Part shown: piece after piece, positions 17,592 through 24,360 of the stretch
Numbering within the stretch: position 1 is the stretch's first letter
Layout: every line of letters starts with the position of its first letter
NCBI RefSeq assembly: GCF_000145295.1
Contig: NC_014408.1
Coordinates: 390,001 to 422,000 of the forward strand
Direction of reading: 5' to 3'
DNA length: 32,000 nt
Origin: Methanothermobacter marburgensis str. Marburg
GTDB lineage: Archaea > Methanobacteriota > Methanobacteria > Methanobacteriales > Methanothermobacteraceae
The notes under the pieces: model-generated
What the model saw: only the letters and a program-made list of their open reading frames with translations
What the model was told of the DNA's origin: nothing
The model's database searches: none
Translations under genes and position numbers: made by a program

Positions 17592-19172
17592 ATGGATTTT
17601 CTGGTACTGGGTATCGTTGTTCTCATCTACTTCCTTCTTGTGGGCTACGTTGGTTATGTGGCCTGGAGGAGGACGGAGACCTCAGAGGACTACATGGTGG
17701 CCGGTAGGAAGACCCATCCTTACATCATGGCCATGAGTTACGGCGCCACGTTTATAAGTACGGCGGCGATTGTGGGTTTTGGTGGTATGGCCGGTGTGTT
17801 TGGGATGGGGATACTCTGGCTGGTGTTTCTCAACATACTTGTGGGTATTTTCATTGCCTTTGTGTTCTTTGGTAAGCGCACGAGGAAGATGGGTCATAAC
17901 ATGTCTGCCCTCACCTTCCCGGAGTTCCTGGGGAGGAGGTTCAATAGCAGGTTCCTCCAGTCATTTGGGGGGGCCATAATATTCCTGGGAATGCCACTCT
18001 ACGCATCAGTGGTCCTTATAGGGGCCGCAAGATTTATTGAAACTACCCTCGGGCTTAACTTCAACATAGCCCTCATCCTGATGGCTGTTATTGTTGCTGT
18101 TTATGTCGTGCTGGGAGGTATACGTGGTGTGATGTATACTGATGCCCTTCAGGGTACCATAATGTTTCTGGGTATGATTTTCCTGGTTGTGTCAACCTAT
18201 TACATTCTTGGTGGTGTGGTGGATGCTCATCAGGCCCTCACCAGCATGTCTCATCTGGTGCCTGCAAAGGCCAGTGCTCTGGGTGCAACTGGCTGGACCA
18301 GCATGCCTGTTTATGGCAGCCCCTACTGGTGGACCCTCCTGTCAACCATAATACTCGGTGTGGGTGTGGGTGTCCTTGCCCAGCCACAGCTAATAGTGAG
18401 GTTCATGACGGTGAGGTCCAACAGGGAGCTCAACAGGGGTGTTCTGATAGGCGCACTCTTCATATTCGTGATGACCTGGAGCGCCTATGTGGTCGGGGCC
18501 CTTTCAAACGTTTACTTCTTCAAAAAGGCAGGTGTAATTGCCCTTCAGGCTGCTGGCGGCAATGCGGATAAGATAATACCTGTCTTTATCAATTCTGCCA
18601 TGCCTGAGTGGTTCTCCTATATCTTCATGCTGACCCTGCTCTCTGCCGCAATGTCCACACTCAGCGCACAGTTCCATGTGCAGGGTACAGCCATAGGAAG
18701 GGATGTGTATGAGACCATAAGAAACAGAAAGGGCGAAAGGTCAGTCCTCATAGCAAGGGGCGGTATTATCATTGCGGTTCTGATCGCGGTTGTTCTGGGC
18801 TACCTGCTGCCAGGGAGTATAATTGCGCAGGGGACGGCTCTCTTCTTTGGTATTTGCGCTGCTTCCTTCCTGTCGGTTTATGCTGCGGCTATTTTCTGGA
18901 GGAGGGCCACCCGTGAGGGCGCGATTGCAGGTATGGTTTCAGGCGCCATCGTGAGCCTCTTATGGCTTCTTTTCGAGTATAAGAAGACTGCGGAGGCTCT
19001 TGGGATTGCCAAGGCCATCTTTGGAGGTCCTGTTATTTCTTCGATGCCCTGGCCTGTTGTTGACCCGATACTGATTGGGGTGCCTGTCTCAGCGATCTTC
19101 ATGGTTGTTGTGAGTCTTCTTACGGAGCCACCGTCCCGTGAGCATGTTGAGAGATGTTTTGAGGGAGTCTGA
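17592..19172 (+). CDS. Sodium:solute symporter family (SSF; PutP/PanF-like) transporter, 526 aa
   Basis: About 13 predicted hydrophobic helices, with an N-terminal EDYMVAGRK and GATFISTAAIVG typical of SSF carriers. GGAGG (17580-17584) lies 7 nt before ATG 17592. Confidence 0.85.
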   Translation: MDFLVLGIVVLIYFLLVGYVGYVAWRRTETSEDYMVAGRKTHPYIMAMSYGATFISTAAIVGFGGMAGVFGMGILWLVFLNILVGIFIAFVFFGKRTRKMGHNMSALTFPEFLGRRFNSRFLQSFGGAIIFLGMPLYASVVLIGAARFIETTLGLNFNIALILMAVIVAVYVVLGGIRGVMYTDALQGTIMFLGMIFLVVSTYYILGGVVDAHQALTSMSHLVPAKASALGATGWTSMPVYGSPYWWTLLSTIILGVGVGVLAQPQLIVRFMTVRSNRELNRGVLIGALFIFVMTWSAYVVGALSNVYFFKKAGVIALQAAGGNADKIIPVFINSAMPEWFSYIFMLTLLSAAMSTLSAQFHVQGTAIGRDVYETIRNRKGERSVLIARGGIIIAVLIAVVLGYLLPGSIIAQGTALFFGICAASFLSVYAAAIFWRRATREGAIAGMVSGAIVSLLWLLFEYKKTAEALGIAKAIFGGPVISSMPWPVVDPILIGVPVSAIFMVVVSLLTEPPSREHVERCFEGV

Positions 19173-19242
19173 TGTGGAGGTTCTGTGATGGTTTATTTGC
19201 AGGAAGTTTCTGGAGACTCTGATGTGGAGGTTCTGTGATGGT
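19168..19242. repeat. Perfect 25-nt direct repeat (period 50 nt) duplicating the symporter stop / SD / start junction
   Basis: tctgatgtggaggttctgtgatggt occurs at 19168-19192 and again at 19218-19242, 25/25 identical. Confidence 0.95.
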
Positions 19243-19429
19243 GCTTGGTATACCTGATCCCTGGGTCTGGAGTGCTTACCTCCTCTGCATCCTTGTGACG
19301 GTTTTCTGTGTACTTTATGGTATTGTGAACTGGAACCGTGGAGGTGAGGATGAGGAGGAGCAGATAATGGAGGAACTCCAGTGGGAGGAAGAAGAGAAGA
19401 AGATGGAAGAGGATGAACTGGGCCTCTAG
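19238..19429 (+). CDS. Small single-TM symporter accessory protein with acidic C-terminal tail, 63 aa
   Basis: MVLGIPDPWVWSAYLLCILVTVFCVLYGIVNWNRG followed by a Glu-rich tail. This layout matches small subunits encoded directly downstream of SSF symporters. GGAGG (19226-19230) lies 7 nt before ATG 19238. Confidence 0.7.
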   Translation: MVLGIPDPWVWSAYLLCILVTVFCVLYGIVNWNRGGEDEEEQIMEELQWEEEEKKMEEDELGL

Positions 19430-19447
19430 GCCCCCCCTTTTATTTAT
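19420..19447 (+). terminator. Hairpin plus T-rich tract after the small symporter subunit gene
   Basis: GGGCC-tcta-GGCCC (19420-19433) spans the stop codon TAG and is followed by ccccttttatttat. Confidence 0.5.
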
Positions 19448-19597
19448 CAGGCGATTATTGTTGAAACCATTCTCATGATATGGGCCATTAAATTTCTAAA
19501 AACTGCTTTCTGCTGAAAATTTTGAAATCGTTCGGGATGTGATAATTTCCTAGAATCACAATTCTGCCAATAAAAATCAGGATCAAGCCTATCTGGC

Positions 19598-19616
19598 AAA
19601 AATAAAAATAAAAATA
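19598..19616 (-). terminator. Oligo-T terminator for the YhgE/Pip gene
   Basis: The minus strand reads tatttttatttttattttt, beginning 6 nt after the stop codon (19623-19625). Confidence 0.55.
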
Positions 19617-19622
19617 GTTTAA

Positions 19623-21518
19623 TCAGAAAAGACCGCTTTCTTCTAGTTTGCTCTCCATCCAGTGGGCCCTTTTATCCATTTTCTCCTTTACAAGTACCGT
19701 GATAAGGAAGGTCACCACGGGGAAGAGGGCAAGAAGTGCCATGTTCTTCCAGTAGATACTCCAGATCACACCAGCGACCACCTCCCTCAGAGCACCCACA
19801 GCGTAGGTGAGTGGAAGGTACGGGTGGATCGCCTGGAAAAATGGTGGCAGGAGTTCAACAGGGAATATGCCCCCTGTACCCGTGATCTGAAGCACCAGAA
19901 TTATTATTGAGAGGGCCTTTCCTGCGTTCCCCAGGGCAGATGTGAGGGAATAGATTATGAGCATGGAACAGATGCTCACATAGAGGGCTGTCAGCAGAAA
20001 CAGCAACGTTCCTGTTATCTGCACCTGGAGGAGCAGGGCTCCGGCTGCAACAACAAGGGCCTGACAGATGGCTATTATGATGAAGAGCCCCATCCTTCCA
20101 AAGTACACCTGTATGCTGCTGTATTCACCGTACTTCACCCTCATGCTTATCATTGCAACTGCGATAATACCTCCTATCCAGAGGGATATGGGTATGTAGA
20201 AGGGTGCAAGCGCGGATCCGTAATTCTTCACAGGGTAGATGTGCTCCTTCTCCATCTTCACAGGGCTTCTGAAGTATTCCCTCACAGCGGAAGGATCAAT
20301 GTCAGCCAGTCTCACAAGGCTGTTGAGGTCATCCTCACTGATCATGCCAAGCTTTCTGTGGGCGTCCTGAATCGCTGACCGCATAACTGGCCACTTGGAG
20401 TTTGCAATGCCCAGTTTTGATGACGCATCCCTCATGGCAGCATCTATCTGTGCCCTGTTATCCATGAGCTTGTTCAGTGCACTGTCCATTTTGTTGAGGG
20501 ATTCTCTGAGCTTCACAAGGCGTTCTGTGGTCCCCTTTGTTTTGAGGTCTGTCTCTATACCCTCAAGTATGCCCAGAACTGAGTTGGCCTTCTGGATATT
20601 GGCGTCTATCTGGTCCATCGCTGTTTTTAACTTAGGATCCCCGGTGGCGGAATATAAACTGCCAAGAACGGCCTTCAGGTATTTCATTGAGGCTATTGCC
20701 TCTGAAAGATGGGACTCCATGGACTGGACTGTTGATAGAGCCTTAGCAGGGTCTTTTCCAATGTAACTCTCCAGTAGACTGTATTTCTCCTTCACAAAGT
20801 TTGCGTTTTCCTGAATTTCTGGCAAATCACTCTTTAGCCCTGACCAGAGGTTCTGCCCCTTTTCGAGATCTGAATTTGCTGTGCTGAGGGTTTCATCGAT
20901 TTTACCAAGGTTTGCATTTAGTTCGCTGATGAATTTCTTTGTCCTGAGGATATCATCCCTGTTTGCCCTTGCAAGTTCACCGGCACTGCTTATCTTACCG
21001 AATATTATTCCGTCAATGGTCTTAACGACTTCACTGTTTATCTTTGCCTGAAGTGCATCTGCCCCTGCGTTCGTTATTCGTGGAGCCACAGGGTTCAGCT
21101 TGTCATTCACTATGTACTCGATGCTGGCCTGCCTGGGGGTGCCGTTCTTGATGGACAGGAGGTCTGAGCTGAAGTTTCCTGGTATTATGAGTACGGCGTA
21201 GTAGTCCCCCTCCCTGAGTCCATTCATGGCCTCTGACCGATCAACGAACTGCCAGTCGAAGTTCCTGTTATTCCTGAGTTCATCCACGAATTCTGCACCC
21301 ACATTGAGCTTTTCACCCTCAAAATTCACTCCCCTGTCCTCATTGACCACCGCAACCTTGATGTTGGATGTCTTTGAGTATGGGTCGAGGGTTGCCTGTA
21401 TGTTGAAAACTGCATACAGTGCCGGGATACAGATAATCACTGCAATGACGAATAGCACCACAGGACTGTTTTTAACGGTCTTGATGTCATTCCAGAATAT
21501 TTCCAGGGCTTTTTTCAT
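19623..21518 (-). CDS. YhgE/Pip-domain membrane protein (ABC-2-permease-like ends with a large helical extracytoplasmic insert), 631 aa
   Basis: One N-terminal TM, then a ~400-aa soluble region with heptad-like helical segments, then 5 C-terminal TMs. The opening MKKALEIFWNDIKTVKNSPVVL is typical of the family. I moved the start to ATG 21518 (GGAGG 10 nt upstream); the track start at 21581 adds FFFLHEY junk. Confidence 0.75.
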   Translation of the reverse strand: MKKALEIFWNDIKTVKNSPVVLFVIAVIICIPALYAVFNIQATLDPYSKTSNIKVAVVNEDRGVNFEGEKLNVGAEFVDELRNNRNFDWQFVDRSEAMNGLREGDYYAVLIIPGNFSSDLLSIKNGTPRQASIEYIVNDKLNPVAPRITNAGADALQAKINSEVVKTIDGIIFGKISSAGELARANRDDILRTKKFISELNANLGKIDETLSTANSDLEKGQNLWSGLKSDLPEIQENANFVKEKYSLLESYIGKDPAKALSTVQSMESHLSEAIASMKYLKAVLGSLYSATGDPKLKTAMDQIDANIQKANSVLGILEGIETDLKTKGTTERLVKLRESLNKMDSALNKLMDNRAQIDAAMRDASSKLGIANSKWPVMRSAIQDAHRKLGMISEDDLNSLVRLADIDPSAVREYFRSPVKMEKEHIYPVKNYGSALAPFYIPISLWIGGIIAVAMISMRVKYGEYSSIQVYFGRMGLFIIIAICQALVVAAGALLLQVQITGTLLFLLTALYVSICSMLIIYSLTSALGNAGKALSIIILVLQITGTGGIFPVELLPPFFQAIHPYLPLTYAVGALREVVAGVIWSIYWKNMALLALFPVVTFLITVLVKEKMDKRAHWMESKLEESGLF

Positions 21519-21606
21519 TGGTTTTATGCCTCCAGAGAATAAAGTATATTCATGTAAGAAAAAGAAGATAGTGAATTTCATCGTATAAAAAGGTTTTGGT
21601 TCACCG

Positions 21607-21625
21607 CATTTAAAATTTTAAATAC
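21607..21625 (+). promoter_or_regulatory. TATA-box-like element upstream of the PRC-barrel gene
   Basis: catttaaaattttaaatac lies ~50 nt before ATG 21667. Confidence 0.35.
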
Positions 21626-21666
21626 CCATGAGAACAATAATAATACAGTGACTGAATGGTGGTACC

Positions 21667-21900
21667 ATGAGGATAGTTGAAGAAATAATCGGCAAAGAGG
21701 TTCTTGACAGTTCCGCAACGGTGATAGGCAAGGTAAAGGACGTTGAGGTTGACATAGAATCCCAGACAATAGAGGCACTCGTTCTTGGAAAGGGTGGAAT
21801 ATCAGAGGGTCTTGGGCTATCAAAAGGCGAGACAATAGTTCCCTACGAGATGGTTAAAAAGATAGGGGACAAGATACTCCTAAGGGGCGGCGAGGAATAA
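21667..21900 (+). CDS. PRC-barrel domain protein, 77 aa
   Basis: IIGKEVLDSSATVIGKVKDVEVDIESQTIEALVL..........IVPYEMVKKIGDKILL is the canonical PRC-barrel pattern. A TATA-like box at 21607-21625 and GGTGG SD precede ATG 21667. Confidence 0.8.
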   Translation: MRIVEEIIGKEVLDSSATVIGKVKDVEVDIESQTIEALVLGKGGISEGLGLSKGETIVPYEMVKKIGDKILLRGGEE

Positions 21901-21914
21901 CAGGGTGAAGGTCC

Positions 21915-22076
21915 TTGCAGCTTAAGGGGATCTGCGGCCTCTGTGGCAGGGCGGACTTTCTCCACACCTGCAGGCTATGCGGATCAATGGTATGTTCAGG
22001 TTGTTACAGCGCCGAACTGGGGGTCTGTAAATTATGCAGGTCAAAGATCAGGAGAAACTCAGAGAGACACTCATAA
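21915..22076 (+). CDS. Small 4xCxxC zinc-ribbon/zinc-finger protein, 53 aa (not in the supplied ORF track)
   Basis: My own translation from TTG 21915 gives [53 protein letters not shown], stop TAA 22074-22076. There are four evenly spaced CxxC pairs within 35 residues. GGTGA (21904-21908) lies 6 nt before TTG, and the ORF starts 14 nt after the PRC-barrel stop. It overlaps the pyrE start by 43 nt in another frame. Confidence 0.6.
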   Translation: MQLKGICGLCGRADFLHTCRLCGSMVCSGCYSAELGVCKLCRSKIRRNSERHS

Positions 22077-22579
22077 AACTTCTTTCAGAGAGAAATGTCA
22101 TTCAGAGGGGTAAGTTTGTCCTCTCATCAGGCAGAGAAAGTGATTATTACGTTGATATCAAGCGAGCTATAACCGACCCTGAGGTCCTTGATGTGATAGC
22201 GAGGCTCATAAAGGGTGAGGTGGAGGGTGCAGACAAGATTGCGGGCCCTGCCCTGGGCGCGGTCCCCATTGCTACCGCAGTGTCCCTTTACTCCAGAAAG
22301 CCCCTCCTCATGATAAGAAAGGAAAAGAAGGGTTATGGAACATCAAAACTCATTGAGGGTGAACTTAAAACCGGTGAAAGGGTCGCTGTTGTGGAGGACG
22401 TCACAACAACTGGAGGATCACTTCTGAGGGCCGTGAGGGCGATCCAGGAAAATGGAGGGGTGGTTGAGAGGACATTTGTTGTGGTTGACCGTGAGGAGGG
22501 GGCGGTTGAGGAATTCAAAAAAAGGGGTATTGAACTCATACCGCTGATATCGGTCTCTGATTTCAGGGATGATCACTGA
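22034..22579 (+). CDS. pyrE: Orotate phosphoribosyltransferase, 181 aa
   Basis: [16 protein letters not shown] and the PRPP-binding motif [14 protein letters not shown]8 (22588-22595) follows the stop. Confidence 0.9.
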   Translation: MQVKDQEKLRETLIKLLSERNVIQRGKFVLSSGRESDYYVDIKRAITDPEVLDVIARLIKGEVEGADKIAGPALGAVPIATAVSLYSRKPLLMIRKEKKGYGTSKLIEGELKTGERVAVVEDVTTTGGSLLRAVRAIQENGGVVERTFVVVDREEGAVEEFKKRGIELIPLISVSDFRDDH

Positions 22580-22620
22580 TTAATTAATTTTTTTTGAGCT
22601 TCTGATTTCAGGGGATCATA
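22556..22620. repeat. Short direct repeat (period 45 nt) duplicating the pyrE 3' end into the downstream spacer
   Basis: tctgatttcaggg (13 nt exact) occurs at 22556-22568 and 22601-22613. Both copies are followed by a gapped gatca match. Confidence 0.6.
22588..22595 (+). terminator. Oligo-T (T8) terminator after pyrE
   Basis: T8 run 9 nt after the pyrE stop; archaeal termination typically uses oligo-T. Confidence 0.55.
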
Positions 22621-22714
22621 TCCTATTTGAGAAAATCTGCTTTCACAGTTAATTGTCCAATGATTGTCTCATGATAGGGCACTCAAAATGATGCAGAATC
22701 CTCGAAGCATCTTT

Positions 22715-22721
22715 AAAAAAA
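22715..22721 (-). terminator. Oligo-T (T7) terminator after moaB
   Basis: The minus strand reads ggcttttttta 7 nt after the moaB stop. Confidence 0.5.
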
Positions 22722-22728
22722 GCCATAT

Positions 22729-23268
22729 TTATTCCCTGAGGTGCTTAACAAGGTGGCCGAGTTCAGGGACAGCAATTTCAATCCCAAGTTCCACCGCGTT
22801 CGGTGACCCTGGAAGTGCAAATATCAGTGTTTTTCTGTATACACCCGCCGTTGCCCTGCTGAGTATCGCCCCTGCTCCCAGCTTTTTAAATGAGAGGTAC
22901 CTGAATATCTCACCGAAACCATCCAGTTCCTTTTCAAAGATACCCCTTAGGGTCTCCACTGTTATGTCTCTACTTCCAATTCCTGTGCCACCGGTGGTAA
23001 ATATAACGTCAGCACCCTTATCTATCATATCATCAACTGCAGATAGAAGTTCATGTCTGTCATCAGGTATTATCCTGTATTCCTTAACAGAGTAACTTTC
23101 AGACAGTGCCTCCATGAGTTTTCTGCCTGATAGGTCACCTTCAGGTATTTCACCGGTTTTTCTGAATTCCTCATATTTTGAATCACTGAGGGTGATGACA
23201 CCGCAGATTATGTCCTCTGGAGCCAATCTCCTGTGCTCCTCCATGCTGGCACTTTTCATATCAATCAA
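22729..23268 (-). CDS. moaB: MoaB/MogA-family molybdenum cofactor biosynthesis protein, 179 aa
   Basis: Signature TTGGTGIGSRDIT and C-terminal LPGSP. The track start 23268 is TTG; ATG 23259 (MKSASMEE..) is an alternative. T7 lies on the minus strand (22715-22721) after the stop. Confidence 0.8.
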   Translation of the reverse strand: MIDMKSASMEEHRRLAPEDIICGVITLSDSKYEEFRKTGEIPEGDLSGRKLMEALSESYSVKEYRIIPDDRHELLSAVDDMIDKGADVIFTTGGTGIGSRDITVETLRGIFEKELDGFGEIFRYLSFKKLGAGAILSRATAGVYRKTLIFALPGSPNAVELGIEIAVPELGHLVKHLRE

Positions 23269-23418
23269 CCAGTATCTTAATAATGAACTGTGGATGTAAC
23301 ATGCTATTTATTGTGGGTGCAATTTATAAGTCTTTTGGTTTTTCTGTAAGCGAAAGTGAGTATATCCACGTTTCTGACAAGGAGAGAAAAGTAATAAAAA
23401 TTTATGGCGGTTTGGTCT

Positions 23419-23502
23419 GGGTAGGGTTTGATATTGGATTGGAGGCGGTTTCAATTCCAATTTAAAAGACCAGAATAAGTTTAAAAGTCCTGGACCCTAC
23501 CC
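23419..23502. other. Nested inverted-repeat element 1 in the long moaB / nob1 gap (candidate structured RNA or protein-binding site)
   Basis: Outer 9-bp perfect stem GGGTAGGGT (23419-23427) / ACCCTACCC (23494-23502). Inner hairpin ATTGGATTG (23433-23441) / CAA-t-TCCAAT (23452-23461) with a 10-nt loop. Confidence 0.3.
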
Positions 23503-23642
23503 GTTTACTATATATTAACACCACTATTTATAAAGTTTTCGTTAGATTGGTTCAACCGTTCTCAAGGACTTTTAAGCGCATTTAAGGGTTTTTAAACCAT
23601 CTAAACATGAAAATAACTGTTTTAATTTACTTTACAGAACTT

Positions 23643-23769
23643 CATGGTAATACTTTTTTACACCTGCCCGATTATCCACATGGTCTGTTGATGGGGTGTA
23701 TCTGAGGTTCTTCCACAGGGAAAGCCCAAACCCGGTACTTCCCCATGTGAGGGTAAATTTATTACCATG
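23643..23769. other. Nested inverted-repeat element 2 in the long moaB / nob1 gap (candidate ~127-nt structured RNA)
   Basis: Outer 10-bp perfect stem CATGGTAATA (23643-23652) / TATTACCATG (23760-23769). Inner 7-bp stem CACATGG (23677-23683) / CCATGTG (23743-23749). The enclosed segment is more GC-rich than the rest of the gap. Confidence 0.3.
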
Positions 23770-23793
23770 CTTCACCAAACCTCAAAATGGAAA

Positions 23794-23808
23794 CTTATTA
23801 TATTATAA
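23794..23808 (+). promoter_or_regulatory. TATA-box-like element upstream of the nob1-like gene (candidate promoter of the whole 23.8-32 kb unit)
   Basis: cttattatattataa is centred ~30 nt upstream of ATG 23832 with no SD in between, which implies a leaderless or near-leaderless transcript. Confidence 0.4.
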
Positions 23809-23831
23809 TCCCTGATTAATACGTGGTCTTA

Positions 23832-24329
23832 ATGAAGAGGGTTCTTGATGCATCTGCATTCATAAACGGATACATACCTGAGGGCACTGAAAACTACACC
23901 GTGAAGTCTGTAACAGATGAGATAAGGGACTTCAAATCGGTCATGGTCCTTGAGAGGGCACTCAGTGATGGCAGACTCAGAATAATGGAACCTGACCCTG
24001 AGAGCATGAGGGAGGTGGATGAGGTCACCAGCAGATCAGGGGATGCCATGAGACTCTCCAGTACAGACAGGGAGGTTATAGGGCTTGCCGTTTCACTCAG
24101 AAAGAGGGGCGAGGTAACTGTAATCACCGATGACTATACGATACAGAACACCCTCAGAATTCTTGGAATAGAGTTCAGCAGTGTCCTCACATCGGGTATA
24201 AAGGAGACCTATCAGTGGAGGAAGATATGCACTGGATGCAGGAGGGTGTACCCTCAGGACTACCAGTTCGGGGAATGTGAGATATGTGGCTCAGAGATAA
24301 AGAAGAAAAGATACAGGTCCCGCCGTTAG
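23832..24329 (+). CDS. nob1: PIN-domain endonuclease with C-terminal zinc ribbon (archaeal Nob1-like), 165 aa
   Basis: N-terminal VLDASAFI (PIN acidic residue), ITDDYTIQN, and a C-terminal CTGC..(17)..CEIC ribbon plus basic tail. This is the architecture of archaeal Nob1. ATG 23832 lies ~25-30 nt downstream of a TATA-like box with no SD, which suggests a leaderless mRNA. GTG 23823 is the track start. Confidence 0.7.
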   Translation: MKRVLDASAFINGYIPEGTENYTVKSVTDEIRDFKSVMVLERALSDGRLRIMEPDPESMREVDEVTSRSGDAMRLSSTDREVIGLAVSLRKRGEVTVITDDYTIQNTLRILGIEFSSVLTSGIKETYQWRKICTGCRRVYPQDYQFGECEICGSEIKKKRYRSRR

Positions 24330-24360
24330 AGGGGATCTTGCAGGAAGCTCGGGTGATCTT

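Noticed and set aside
23446-23461. tRNA T-arm-like string GCGGTTTCAATTCCAAT.
   Set aside because: It has no acceptor, D or anticodon arms around it, and the loop and stem lengths do not fit a T-arm. It is simply part of the inner hairpin.
23283-23465. 60-aa ORF (MNCGCNMLFIVG...) at the left end of the long gap.
   Set aside because: It has no SD and starts 15 nt from the divergent moaB start, leaving no promoter room. Its composition is AT-rich, and its 3' half is the hairpin element 23419-23461. It is more likely non-coding.
23686-23706. C/D-box sRNA-like motifs (TGATGG ... CTGA).
   Set aside because: The C box is imperfect and the C to D' spacing is only 8 nt. No C'/D pair or terminal stem occurs in the right register.
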